The notes beneath the pieces are model-generated. The model saw only the letters and a program-made list of their open reading frames with translations. It had not been told where the DNA came from and ran no database searches. 64,000 nucleotides of DNA, taken from assembly GCA_947088515.1 (NCBI GenBank), contig CAMUHA010000001.1, forward strand, positions 2,300-66,299. Reading direction: 5' to 3'. Within the stretch, counting starts at the first letter, position 1; each line of letters starts with the position of its first letter. Below are positions 26,200-36,277 of this stretch, piece after piece. This stretch comes from an uncultured bacterium. Its GTDB lineage: Bacteria; Bacillota; Clostridia; Lachnospirales; Lachnospiraceae. Made by a program: the position numbers and the translations under genes.

Positions 26200-28248
26200 A
26201 TGGAAGAAAATAAAAAAACGCTGACTGCTTTGGCAGCGGCAGGTGTATTGATACTTGTGGCGGTGATGGCATACCCGTTTGTCAGGGATAAAATCAGGGA
26301 ATACAGGCAGAAGGATGTTTCTCTTGCAGAAGAATGGGAGGCAGGGGAAGAAGCCGAAATGGGGCAGAGTTCAGATGGCAGGAAAACTGGCGATGGGGAA
26401 AGCGTTCTCCTGGAGGTGGAGGAAGAGACGACTTGCGTCGGAGAAAATATACCAGAGGTTTATTTTGAGCTGGAGGGCGGGCCGGAGAATGTGCGTATTT
26501 CGCTTTGGCAAAGCGGGGAAGGGACCTGTTATTTTTTCCTGCCAGGTTTTGCAAAGGGAAAGAAGCTGCTTCTTAAGGGGACCGGAGGCGGCCATATCCA
26601 GATTGATGGAACCGGACTTTATGAAGGAGATGGGGTAAGGGATATACTAGAGACAAAGCCTTATGATTTTGTCTGGTTTGATAAATCCGGCAAAGCGGCT
26701 TTGGAGGCCTCTGTGGTTTTTATGTATTCTTCTTCCCTTCCGGCGTTGTTTATGACAACTGCGTCAGGTGAAACCACAGAGATTGACCAGGATAAAAACC
26801 ATGTTTATGGGGAAGCCGGGACAATAACGCTTTATGATGAAAACGGAGCGGAAATTTATGCGGGACAGGTAGAGAGCGTCAAAGGGAGAGGAAATTCCAC
26901 CTGGGGACTTGCCAAAAAACCATATCAGTTCCGGCTTTGCGAAAAGGCAGATTTTTTTGGAATGGGGGAAGGGGCAGGGTGGAATCTTCTTGCCAATGGC
27001 TATGACGAAACCAGACTGCGCAACAAGATAACCCTTGAGATGGCGAAGGCGCTTGGAATGGCCTATGTGCCTGACGGTCAGATACTGGATTTGTATATCA
27101 ATGATGTTTACTACGGCAATTATTATCTGACAGAAAAAATAGAAGTAAGTGACAGGAATGTGGCCATCCGTGATATGGAAGAGATTGTGAATGCCGCATA
27201 CAGCCCGGAAGAATTGGAAAAGCTGCCACAGATAGAGGCGGAAGACGGTCTTCGTAAATGGACGAAAGTTGCCTGTGAGGATGACAACCTGACAGGAGGG
27301 TATTTATTTGAAAGGGAGCTGCCTGCCCGGTTTGAAAAGGAGGCAAGTGGTTTCATTACCAGCCAGGGAGACTGCTATGCGTTAAAAAGTCCGGTTTACG
27401 CTTCCGAAAACCAGGTGAATTATATTGCCGGTCTGATGCAGGAATTTCAGGATGCTGTGGAAGAAAGGGACGGGATTCATCCGGTAACAGGAAAGCATTA
27501 CTCTGACTACATTGATGTGACTTCCTTTGTGCAGAAATATCTGGTGGAGGAAATATCTAAAAATTATGACGGAGGTGTCACAAGCAGCTTTTTTTATAAG
27601 CCGGAAGATGGAGTGAGCAGCAAAATTTTTGCAGGTCCGGTGTGGGACTATGATGTGGCATTTGGCAATTGTAATCTGGATGAAATTGCCAGTAATCCAA
27701 GGGGGATTACACGGCTGAATGACCATGTGTATGGCACAGACGTTTTTGCCCAGCTGTATGAAAAAGAAGATTTTTATGCCCGGATAGTAACCCTGTACAA
27801 AGAAGAGGCAGTTCCTTATCTGGAATATCTGTTGAAAGAAGGGATAGACCAGATGGTAAAGGAAACGAGAGCATCAGCGCAGATGGACAGCCTCCGGTGG
27901 GAGAGCCTGGAAAACCGTTACCAGTATTACCAAAGTTATGACAATGATGTCAGATATTTGAAGTATTTTATTGAACAAAGAATGCAGTTTTTGAATGAAG
28001 TGTGGCTGGAGGGCCAAACCTATTATAATGTAGCATTTGTGGTGGATGATGAAATATGGCAGATTGACTGTGTAAAAGAGGGGGAAGCGCCGGGAGGCGA
28101 GCCGGCGCCGTCCAGATACAGTTCTCTTTTTATGGGGTGGGTGAATGAAGAAGGGGTTCCCTTTGACAGATTTAAGCCTGTTTATGAGGATATGACATTT
28201 TATGCCGCATGGCAGGAGCTGCCAGTGGAGGAGGTTATATTGAAATAA
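26200..28248 (+). CDS. CotH-family kinase with N-terminal membrane anchor and C-terminal B-repeat-like domain
   Basis: KGRGNSTW..AKKPY, WNLLAN, YYGNYYLTEKI, AGPVWDYDVAFGN; C-terminal F.GW...DMTFYAAW. Confidence 0.85.
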   Translation: MEENKKTLTALAAAGVLILVAVMAYPFVRDKIREYRQKDVSLAEEWEAGEEAEMGQSSDGRKTGDGESVLLEVEEETTCVGENIPEVYFELEGGPENVRISLWQSGEGTCYFFLPGFAKGKKLLLKGTGGGHIQIDGTGLYEGDGVRDILETKPYDFVWFDKSGKAALEASVVFMYSSSLPALFMTTASGETTEIDQDKNHVYGEAGTITLYDENGAEIYAGQVESVKGRGNSTWGLAKKPYQFRLCEKADFFGMGEGAGWNLLANGYDETRLRNKITLEMAKALGMAYVPDGQILDLYINDVYYGNYYLTEKIEVSDRNVAIRDMEEIVNAAYSPEELEKLPQIEAEDGLRKWTKVACEDDNLTGGYLFERELPARFEKEASGFITSQGDCYALKSPVYASENQVNYIAGLMQEFQDAVEERDGIHPVTGKHYSDYIDVTSFVQKYLVEEISKNYDGGVTSSFFYKPEDGVSSKIFAGPVWDYDVAFGNCNLDEIASNPRGITRLNDHVYGTDVFAQLYEKEDFYARIVTLYKEEAVPYLEYLLKEGIDQMVKETRASAQMDSLRWESLENRYQYYQSYDNDVRYLKYFIEQRMQFLNEVWLEGQTYYNVAFVVDDEIWQIDCVKEGEAPGGEPAPSRYSSLFMGWVNEEGVPFDRFKPVYEDMTFYAAWQELPVEEVILK

Positions 28249-28287
28249 TAATCGGGAGATTGATTTTGCAAAGGAGTCAGCATAGAT

Positions 28288-28316
28288 TTGCTTTGCGGCT
28301 GCAGGTATGGTAAAAT
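28288..28316 (+). promoter_or_regulatory. Putative sigmaA promoter with extended -10
   Basis: TTGCTT-17 bp-TAAAAT preceded by TG. Confidence 0.55.
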
Positions 28317-28361
28317 ATAGGGAAATTTTTAACAGATAATAAACAGACCGGAAGATGTGTG

Positions 28362-30119
28362 ATGAGAAAAATAATAAAAAAACTGATGGCGCTGCTTGAT
28401 GGGCGGCAAAAAAAAATCATGGCGCTGCTCGTTGTGCTGATGCTGATTGGGGCAGTGCTGGAAACTTTGGGGGTTTCCATGGTGGTTCCTGTAATGAATG
28501 TGATTATGGATGAACACGCGGTGGAAAAAAATAAATATCTGCAGGTAATCTGCGATATTTTTCATATAGCTTATGACGATATCAGCGGCCTTACGGTGTT
28601 TATCATGCTTTCGCTTGTAGGGGTTTTTGCGCTGAAAAATATTTTTCTTTTTTTCCAGCAAAAGGCACAGCTGCGGTTTGTTTATACCAATCAGTTTGCC
28701 ACTTCAAGAAGAATGATGATTAATTTTGTGAAGCGGCCTTACGAGTATTATTTAAATGCGGACACTTCTGTAATCCAAAGAAGCATCACATCCGATGTGA
28801 ACAATATGTATGGACTGATTTTAGCGCTTCTGCAGCTTTTTAGTGAGGGAATTGTGTTTGTGTGTCTGGTGGCAATCAGCTTTGTTACCGATATTTGGAT
28901 GACGGTTACAGTGACCATTCTTCTTGTGGCGGCGCTTGCAATAATCAAGGGCGTTTTGAAACCGATTATGAAAAAAGCGGGAGAAGAGAATCAGGATTAT
29001 TACAGCGGCCTTTATAAATGGATTGACCAGTCTGTAATGGGAATTAAGGAGATTAAGATTGCAGGCAGGGAAAGCTATTTCATTAATGAATATGCCAAAT
29101 GCGGGGCAGGCTATGTAAGTGCGGTACAGCGGTATAATCTGTATAATGCCACTCCCCGGCTGCTGATAGAAACACTTGCTATAGCGGGGATGATTTTTTA
29201 TATGATGATTCAGATTCTTAAGGGGGCGGCTGTGACAGATATTATGCCTCAGGTGATGGCCCTTGGGGTAGCTGCCGTGCGGCTGATACCCTGTGCCAAC
29301 AGGATAAATAATCATTTAACTTCTATTTCTTATTTTGAACCGTTTTTTATGGGGGTAAGCGATAATCTGCAGGAGGAAATCCGGGATGAAAATATTAATT
29401 ATGATGCAAAAGCTTACCAGGGGAAAACAGAAGTAAAAAAACTGGAAATCAGGGATAAAATAGAACTTAAAGACATTGTCTATAAATATCCCAATTCACA
29501 GGTTCTTATTTTTGACCATGCCAATATGGAGATTCCAGTGGGGCGGTCCGTTGGGATTGTGGGAACCTCCGGCGCCGGAAAGACTACGGTTGTGGATATT
29601 ATGCTTGGGCTTTTAAGTCTGCAAAGCGGACAGATTCTAGCAGATGGCAATGAAGTGCGGGAGCATTATCAGTCCTGGCTGAAAAATATTGGCTATATTC
29701 CCCAAACAATTTTTATGATAGATTCCACAATAAGGAAAAATGTTGCCTTTGGTTATGGAGATGAGGAGATAGATGATGAAAAGGTGTGGCGTGCCCTAAA
29801 AGAAGCCCAGCTAGACGGGTTTGTAAGGGGGCTGCCGGAGGGCCTTAATACCAATATTGGAGAAAGGGGAATTCGTATTTCCGGCGGACAAAGGCAGCGG
29901 ATTGGCATTGCAAGGGCCCTGTTTGAGGACCCGGAGGTGCTGGTGCTGGACGAAGCTACTTCCGCTCTTGATAATGAGACGGAGGCGGCGATTATGGATT
30001 CCATTAACAGGCTTCATGGCAGAAAAACGTTGATTATTATTGCCCACCGTCTTCAGACGATAGAAAAATGCGATATGGTGTACCGGGTAGAAAACGGCAA
30101 GGCACGCAGGGAGAGATAA
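28362..30119 (+). CDS. ABC transporter, fused permease/ATPase (PglK/WlaB-like lipid-linked glycan flippase candidate)
   Basis: TMD followed by GTSGAGKT, ISGGQRQRIGIARAL and LDEATSALD; GIKEIK and PRLLIE motifs; glycan-locus context. Confidence 0.85.
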   Translation: MRKIIKKLMALLDGRQKKIMALLVVLMLIGAVLETLGVSMVVPVMNVIMDEHAVEKNKYLQVICDIFHIAYDDISGLTVFIMLSLVGVFALKNIFLFFQQKAQLRFVYTNQFATSRRMMINFVKRPYEYYLNADTSVIQRSITSDVNNMYGLILALLQLFSEGIVFVCLVAISFVTDIWMTVTVTILLVAALAIIKGVLKPIMKKAGEENQDYYSGLYKWIDQSVMGIKEIKIAGRESYFINEYAKCGAGYVSAVQRYNLYNATPRLLIETLAIAGMIFYMMIQILKGAAVTDIMPQVMALGVAAVRLIPCANRINNHLTSISYFEPFFMGVSDNLQEEIRDENINYDAKAYQGKTEVKKLEIRDKIELKDIVYKYPNSQVLIFDHANMEIPVGRSVGIVGTSGAGKTTVVDIMLGLLSLQSGQILADGNEVREHYQSWLKNIGYIPQTIFMIDSTIRKNVAFGYGDEEIDDEKVWRALKEAQLDGFVRGLPEGLNTNIGERGIRISGGQRQRIGIARALFEDPEVLVLDEATSALDNETEAAIMDSINRLHGRKTLIIIAHRLQTIEKCDMVYRVENGKARRER

Positions 30120-30135
30120 ATATAGGGAGGAAATA

Positions 30136-31266
30136 ATGGCTGGGAAAAAACGAATGGCAAATTATGAATTACTAAGAAGCCTTGCAATGTTAATGGTGGT
30201 GGCTTTGCATTTTTTCTCCCGTTCTGACAGCCTGATTGCGCTGGGGGTCCCTCTGGATGGTGTACGGATTGTGGGAACTGCGCTGGAGTTTTTCTGCATT
30301 GCGGCCGTGAATGTCTATGTGCTTATCAGTGGGTATTTTGGCATAAAAAGCTCCTTTAAACCCAGCCGGGCGGTGAAACTTCTTTGCCAGATATGGTTTT
30401 ATGCGCTTTTGATTCCTTTATTGCTTTATTTGGCAGGTCTCTCTACCCAGGCATCAGAGCTTGGAATTTATGGAGTGATAAAGTACGTTTTTCCTATAGA
30501 GACGGAACATTACTGGTTTGCAACCTCATACTTTTTGCTTTACCTGCTGACGCCGGTGATTGGGGCCGGGGTAAAGAATATGACCAAAAAGCAAATGCAG
30601 ATTATGCTTGGGGGTCTTCTTATTTTATTCTGTGGGATAAAAAGTGTAAGTCCGGCAGGGTTTGTAATTGACAGGTATGGATATGACCTGCCCTGGTTTA
30701 TCTGTGTATACCTGCTTGCCGCTTATCTGGGAATGTACGGGTCGGGATTTTTGGAAAAAAGAGGATGGCTTCTTTATCTGGGGAGTGTGGCAGCAGGCTT
30801 TGGCATTCATATAGCGATGTATTTTCTTGCGGCTGGGCGGGAGAGTCTCCAGTATTATTTTACAGTTCCCTTTCATTATAATTATATTTTTTCCCTGACA
30901 GGGGCGTTAGGACTTTTTTACGGTTTTTCCAGGCTGAAAATTAAGGAAGGCTGGATGGCGGGAGTGATACGGAAGGTGGGGACGTTAAGCTTTGGCGTAT
31001 ATCTTTTGCATGAGCATGTGGATTTAAGAAACCGGTGGTATGAGTGGATTTTGATGCTGGTCCATCCGGGAAGGGGAAGGGCAATGCTCTCTTTCCTGTG
31101 GGAACTTACCTGCAGCATTGTAATTCTTTTTGCGGCGGGCGTTGTCATTGACTGGATAAGGAGCAAATTGTTCAGGTTATTTGGAGCTATGACCCGGAAA
31201 ACCTGGGTTTATAAAAAACTGAAGGAAATGGACGGAGCTTTTGCAAAAAGTCCGGCTGGGAAATGA
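30136..31266 (+). CDS. Acyltransferase family 3 (O-acyltransferase)
   Basis: ELLRSLAMLMVVALH, LISGYF, YWF and SFGVYLLH motifs; about 10 TM segments. Confidence 0.88.
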   Translation: MAGKKRMANYELLRSLAMLMVVALHFFSRSDSLIALGVPLDGVRIVGTALEFFCIAAVNVYVLISGYFGIKSSFKPSRAVKLLCQIWFYALLIPLLLYLAGLSTQASELGIYGVIKYVFPIETEHYWFATSYFLLYLLTPVIGAGVKNMTKKQMQIMLGGLLILFCGIKSVSPAGFVIDRYGYDLPWFICVYLLAAYLGMYGSGFLEKRGWLLYLGSVAAGFGIHIAMYFLAAGRESLQYYFTVPFHYNYIFSLTGALGLFYGFSRLKIKEGWMAGVIRKVGTLSFGVYLLHEHVDLRNRWYEWILMLVHPGRGRAMLSFLWELTCSIVILFAAGVVIDWIRSKLFRLFGAMTRKTWVYKKLKEMDGAFAKSPAGK

Positions 31267-31276
31267 GGTGTTGCGG

Positions 31277-33127
31277 ATGGGTGACAGAAAAGTGGACCTG
31301 ATGGGGAAAATGCGTATAGGAGCAGCGCAAAGGGAGGAGCTGCAGCTATTGTGGAAGTTTGTGCAAAATGTTCTGTTCCCGCTGATTCTGTTGTTTTTTC
31401 CTTTGCTTAAGGCAAGGCAGGGAGTTGATTTAAGTGATACTGGGTATAGTTTGGGGAATTACCGTTTTTTTGGACAGGTGGATGGTGTATGGACATTTCT
31501 TACTTTTTTGTCCAACGTGACAGGACATTTGTTTACCAGGCTGCCTATGGGCGATACCATGTTTGGAATGAAGATTTATACATCCCTGATAGTAAGCGGC
31601 ATGGGGCTTTTGGGATACCGTTTTTTTAAAACAAAAATGCCGGCATGGATGGCCTTTTTAGGTGAAATAGCGGCGATAAGCTTTTGCTGGTGCCCTACAG
31701 TGATTTTGTACAATTATCTTACGTATCTGCTTTTTCTTGCAGGCGCCATACTGCTTTTCAGGGGGCTTGCAGGGAACAGGCGTATATGTCTGTTTCTGGC
31801 AGGTATTCTTTTGGGGATAAATGCGCTGGTGCGTTTCCCTGGGAATGTACTGGAGGCAGGGCTGATTGTAGCGGTGTGGTACTACGGATGGCTGAAAGAA
31901 AAGCCTGTAAAAAAGATTGCAGAAGAAAGCGGGCTTTGCATTGCCGGGTATCTGGTTTCATTCCTTGCGGTGTTGGGAACGATTTTGGCAGTTTATGGGC
32001 CGGACACCCTAGGAAGTATGATAACGGGGGTTATGGGCATTTCGCAAAATGCCTCTGACTATACATTGGGGGAAATGCTTCTGGCGATTCTGGACGCTTA
32101 TTTTCACGGCTTTCAGTGGATGCTGTATATGATTTTATGTATTTTGCCGGGGATTCCGTTTTTTGTTATCAGGCAGGAGCGCTTTTTGGGGATTAGAAAA
32201 GTGATTTACTGCATCTGTATTCCCATATTATTTTGGGCGCTTGGCAGGTGGGGGATGTACAATTTCAAATATTATCAGAAAGAGGCAGCTTTGCAGTGGG
32301 GAGCAGTGTTTTTGCTTCTGGCGATAATGATAATGATATGGATGCTTTTTACAAGGGTGGTGGATGATGAATGGCGTCTGATAGGCTGCATAGCGCTGCT
32401 TGTAATTCTGATTACCCCTCTTGGCAGTAACAATCATATCTGGCCAGTGTTAAACAATTTGTTTTTTATTGTACCGGTTGTATTCTGGATGGTTTACCGT
32501 TTTGTAAGGTGGGGGAGACCCTTTTTGGATACCACAGGAAAGGTGCCGTTGTTTCCGGTAAAGGCAATGGCTATGGGGGTAATGGCAGCCTTTTTTATAC
32601 AGGCCTTCGGAATTGGATGTGAGTATGTTTTTCTGGATGGGGAAGCCGGGGAAAAAAGAGAGTATAAGGTATCTGCCAATCCGGTGCTTGAGGGGATGTA
32701 TACCAATGAGATGAACGCTGAGACGCTGGACGAGATTTCTTATTTTATGACGGAGCACAAGGAGGAATATAAAAAAAAGGAACTGATTCTTTATGGGAAT
32801 ATTCCTGGTCTTGCCTATTACCTTGATAAACCGCCAGCTGTTTATACCACATGGGCGGATTTAAATTCAAATCCTCTGACAAGGCTTAAGGAAGAGCTGC
32901 AAATGCTATCCGCTTCACTGAAAGGAAAGGAAGAGGAACTGCCGCTGGTGATTTTGACGCCATCGCTGGCTGCCTATCTTTCAGGCAGTGAAGAGGCAAT
33001 GGCCTGGTGGGGAGTGGATGTTACAGCTTGCAGGGAGGATGAAAAACTGGAAGCAATTTGGGAGTTTATGAAGGAAAACGCATACGAGCAGGTATTTGTA
33101 AATGAAGCTTTTGCAGTTTATGAATAA
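31277..33127 (+). CDS. Polytopic membrane protein, GT-C-fold glycosyltransferase candidate
   Basis: GVDLSDTGY acidic motif after the first TM, many TMs, C-terminal extracellular domain. Confidence 0.5.
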   Translation: MGDRKVDLMGKMRIGAAQREELQLLWKFVQNVLFPLILLFFPLLKARQGVDLSDTGYSLGNYRFFGQVDGVWTFLTFLSNVTGHLFTRLPMGDTMFGMKIYTSLIVSGMGLLGYRFFKTKMPAWMAFLGEIAAISFCWCPTVILYNYLTYLLFLAGAILLFRGLAGNRRICLFLAGILLGINALVRFPGNVLEAGLIVAVWYYGWLKEKPVKKIAEESGLCIAGYLVSFLAVLGTILAVYGPDTLGSMITGVMGISQNASDYTLGEMLLAILDAYFHGFQWMLYMILCILPGIPFFVIRQERFLGIRKVIYCICIPILFWALGRWGMYNFKYYQKEAALQWGAVFLLLAIMIMIWMLFTRVVDDEWRLIGCIALLVILITPLGSNNHIWPVLNNLFFIVPVVFWMVYRFVRWGRPFLDTTGKVPLFPVKAMAMGVMAAFFIQAFGIGCEYVFLDGEAGEKREYKVSANPVLEGMYTNEMNAETLDEISYFMTEHKEEYKKKELILYGNIPGLAYYLDKPPAVYTTWADLNSNPLTRLKEELQMLSASLKGKEEELPLVILTPSLAAYLSGSEEAMAWWGVDVTACREDEKLEAIWEFMKENAYEQVFVNEAFAVYE

Positions 33128-33141
33128 AAAAGGATAAAAAA

Positions 33142-33215
33142 GCGGACGCCCGGCCAAGAGCCACTGCCGGATAAAGGCGCAGGAAAGGGCGGGAGCGGAA
33201 CTATAAATAGGAGGA
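33142..33215 (+). repeat. Internally deleted copy of structured repeat family 1
   Basis: GCGGACGCCC...CTGCCGGAT...GGGCGGGAGCGGAACTATAAATAGGAGGA matches the ends of the 9384-9588 units. Confidence 0.7.
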
Positions 33216-33222
33216 TTTAAAA

Positions 33223-34353
33223 ATGATAAGGTTTAATGTTCCGCCTTTTACAGGCAGAGAAATGGAGAACATGAAAAAAGCAGTGGAGAACATGCATATT
33301 TGCGGAGATGGTGAGTTTACCAGGAAGTGCAGCAGTTATCTGGAAGAAAGTACCGGAACATCCAAGTGTCTTCTTACTACATCCTGCACCCATGCTCTTG
33401 AGATGGCGGCGTTGCTTTGCAATTTAAAGGAGGGGGATGAAGTAATTCTTCCGTCTTATACATTTGTTTCCACAGCGGATGCCTTTGTGCTCCGGGGGGC
33501 TAAGGCTGTGTTTGTGGATATCCGGCCGGATACCATGAATATTGACGAAAAGCTGATAGAAGATGCCATTACAGAGAAAACTAAGGCAATTTTTCTGGTT
33601 CACTATGCGGGAATTGGCTGTGAGATGGATGTAATTATGGATATTGCAAAGCGACATCATTTGATGGTAGTGGAGGACGCTGCACAGGCGATAATGTGTA
33701 CTTATAAGGGAAAGCCTCTTGGAACAATCGGTGATTTTGGCTGCTACAGCTTCCATGAAACCAAGAATTTCAGCATGGGGGAAGGGGGCGCTCTTTTAAT
33801 CCGGGATGCCCGGTATATTGAGGAGGCGGAAATTCTGCGGGAAAAGGGAACAGACAGAAGTAAATATTTCCGGGGACAGGTGGACAAGTACCGCTGGATG
33901 AATTTTGGCTCTTCTTATCTGCCCAGCGATATGAATGCAGCCTATCTCTATACACAGTTTGAGCAGGCGGATGAAATAAATAAGGCGCGTCTTGCCAGAT
34001 GGAATCAGTACTATGAACTGCTTTTACCTCTGCAGGAAAAGGGAGTTATTGAACTTCCCGCTGTGCCGGAGGGCTGTGTGCACAATGGACATATGTTTTA
34101 TATTAAGACAAAGAACCTGGAAGAACGCACCAGGCTTGTTGATTTCTTAAAGGAAAATGGCATTATGGCGGTATTCCATTATGTTCCTCTGCATTCAGCG
34201 CCTGCGGGTCTTAAGTTTGGACGTTTCCATGGAGAGGATAAATATACCACAAAGGAAAGTGAAAGATTGCTGCGTCTCCCTATGTTTTACCAGCTTAAAG
34301 AAGAGGAAGCGGCATATATTGCAGAAAAAGTAAAGGAATTTTATGAAGCTTAA
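33223..34353 (+). CDS. wecE: dTDP-4-amino-4,6-dideoxygalactose transaminase (WecE/RffA)
   Basis: LTTSCTHALEMAA, VEDAAQ, SFHETKN, EKGTDRS.YFRGQVDKY, HNGHMFY and AVFHYVPLH motifs. Confidence 0.9.
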   Translation: MIRFNVPPFTGREMENMKKAVENMHICGDGEFTRKCSSYLEESTGTSKCLLTTSCTHALEMAALLCNLKEGDEVILPSYTFVSTADAFVLRGAKAVFVDIRPDTMNIDEKLIEDAITEKTKAIFLVHYAGIGCEMDVIMDIAKRHHLMVVEDAAQAIMCTYKGKPLGTIGDFGCYSFHETKNFSMGEGGALLIRDARYIEEAEILREKGTDRSKYFRGQVDKYRWMNFGSSYLPSDMNAAYLYTQFEQADEINKARLARWNQYYELLLPLQEKGVIELPAVPEGCVHNGHMFYIKTKNLEERTRLVDFLKENGIMAVFHYVPLHSAPAGLKFGRFHGEDKYTTKESERLLRLPMFYQLKEEEAAYIAEKVKEFYEA

Positions 34354-36181
34354 TATGTGGATAAAAAAGAATGAAAACAGGATCATTACTGGCGCGGCTG
34401 TGGCGCTTTTGGCAGTTTTTGTGGCGGTTTCGTTCGATTATTTTTACGACCTGAATGATGACGTACTGATGAAAGATATTCTGGCGGGAGCGTACACGGG
34501 AACGCCGGAAGGACATAACATTCAGATGCTCTATCTTGTGAGCGCATTTATCAGCCTGTTTTATAAAGCGGCCAGAGGACTTCCCTGGTATGGGCTGTTT
34601 CTTTGCTTTTGTCATTTTGGCTGTTTTTCTCTGATTTTGTCAAGAAGTCTTACTTTTTGTAAAAGTGTGGGTGGAAAGATAATCATGGCAATGACAGAAG
34701 GGCTTTTTTGGGGGGGACTGTTCCTGGAACATCTGGTTTTTGCCCAGTATACAGTAACCTGTACCCTTCTTGCGGGCACAGCGGCTTTTCTGTTTTACAC
34801 CACAGATATTGAGCTGGATGGGAGGACGTTTATAAAGAAAAATATTCCGGCGGTTTTGCTTGTGTCCATAGCATATCTAATCCGTTCAGAGATGCTGCTT
34901 TTGGTTCTTCCTATGATTTGTGTGGCGGGAGTTGCAAAATGGGGAAGCGAGGAGCAGATTTTTACCAGAGAACACCAGATGAAATATCTGACAGTGATTG
35001 GATTGATTCTGGCTGGAATTTTGTTTGGACAGATTACTTACCGGATTGCCTACGGTTCAGAAGAATGGCGTACTTTTATTGAATTTTTTGATAACAGGAC
35101 GGAACTTTACGATTTCCAGCAGCCCCCGTCCTTTGAAGAACACAGAGAGTTCTATGAGGGGATTGGTCTTACAAAAAGCGAGAAAGTTCTGCTGGATAAT
35201 TACAATTTTGGCATGGATGAAGAGATTGACGAGGTTATGGTTGGGGCAATTGCGGAATATGCCGGGAAGGTTAAAAGCGCGGAAACTTCTTTTTGGGGTA
35301 AGCTATCTGTAAAACTGCGGGATTATATATACCGTTTCACTCATGGCCGAGGGGCAGCAGGCAGTGACTATCCATGGAATTATGCGGCGCTGCTTGGGTA
35401 CTTTATGGTGTTTGCCGCTGCAGTTCCAGGAAAATATACAAAGGAAAAGATACAGGAAAGCGGGAAGGGAACATACCTGAAAAATGTGTTGGGTATCAGC
35501 TGGAAGCTTGGGCTGCTTTTTGTGGTGAGAACTCTTTTGTGGATGTTTATCCTTATGCGGGACCGGGCGCCGGAACGGATTACTCATTCGCTGTATTTAA
35601 TGGAATTATGTGTTCTTGGAGCGATGATATTTGCCCACTGGCAGAAGATTTGCCGTCTGAAAAGCAGACGCATTCTTGCGGCATTTGCAATTGTGGGATT
35701 TGGCGTAGCTGCAATTCTTATTTTGCCGGAAAATATACAGAAGGTTTCAAAAAAGCAGGCAGAGAGAGAAGCGGTGAATGACCGCTTCCAGGAATTATAT
35801 GATTATTTTGGAAACGAGGAAAATAAAGATAATTTTTATCTGATTGATGTATATTCCTCTGTATCTTATGACTCTGTTCCTTATTCAGAAAAAATGTTTA
35901 AAAATGTGGACAACTCTATAGATAATTACGACATTATGGGAGGATGGGCCTGCAAAAGTCCTCTGCAGAGAAAAAAGTTTGCTAAGTTTGGCATGGAAGA
36001 TATGGAACAGGCTCTTCGTGAGAAGGAGAATGTGTATTTTGTCCGTCAGAAGGAAGAGGATATGCAGTGGCTTTTGGATTACTATAAAGGACATGGAACG
36101 CCTGTGAAAGTGACACTGACAGATACGGTGGCAGAAGTTTTTGAGGTCTATAAGGTGGAAGCAAAAGTGCCGCAAGCATAG
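34343..36181 (+). CDS. Polytopic membrane protein, GT-C-fold glycosyltransferase candidate
   Basis: YDLNDD acidic motif after TM1, about 10 TMs, extracellular loops; lies between wecE and the GNAT gene. Confidence 0.5.
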   Translation: MKLNMWIKKNENRIITGAAVALLAVFVAVSFDYFYDLNDDVLMKDILAGAYTGTPEGHNIQMLYLVSAFISLFYKAARGLPWYGLFLCFCHFGCFSLILSRSLTFCKSVGGKIIMAMTEGLFWGGLFLEHLVFAQYTVTCTLLAGTAAFLFYTTDIELDGRTFIKKNIPAVLLVSIAYLIRSEMLLLVLPMICVAGVAKWGSEEQIFTREHQMKYLTVIGLILAGILFGQITYRIAYGSEEWRTFIEFFDNRTELYDFQQPPSFEEHREFYEGIGLTKSEKVLLDNYNFGMDEEIDEVMVGAIAEYAGKVKSAETSFWGKLSVKLRDYIYRFTHGRGAAGSDYPWNYAALLGYFMVFAAAVPGKYTKEKIQESGKGTYLKNVLGISWKLGLLFVVRTLLWMFILMRDRAPERITHSLYLMELCVLGAMIFAHWQKICRLKSRRILAAFAIVGFGVAAILILPENIQKVSKKQAEREAVNDRFQELYDYFGNEENKDNFYLIDVYSSVSYDSVPYSEKMFKNVDNSIDNYDIMGGWACKSPLQRKKFAKFGMEDMEQALREKENVYFVRQKEEDMQWLLDYYKGHGTPVKVTLTDTVAEVFEVYKVEAKVPQA

Positions 36182-36272
36182 CTTGCGATATACAGGCATA
36201 AGTTTGGAAGTAAACCTCCAAACGCGCTATTGATGCAGTATCGCAGGCGGTTGCCTGCGATATGCGGGGGAG
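36171..36272 (+). repeat. Cluster of short palindromic REP-like repeats (family 2)
   Basis: cgcaagc-ata-gcttgcg-atatacagg; gtttggaag-taaa-cctccaaac; cgcaggc-ggtt-gcctgcg-atatgcgggggag. Confidence 0.75.
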
Positions 36273-36277
36273 AAAGA

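Noticed and set aside
28408..28416. A-tract in the ABC flippase gene (and similar short homopolymers in other glycan genes) as phase-variation sites
   Set aside because: Short runs encoding Lys in intact frames; no evidence of slippage from a single sequence
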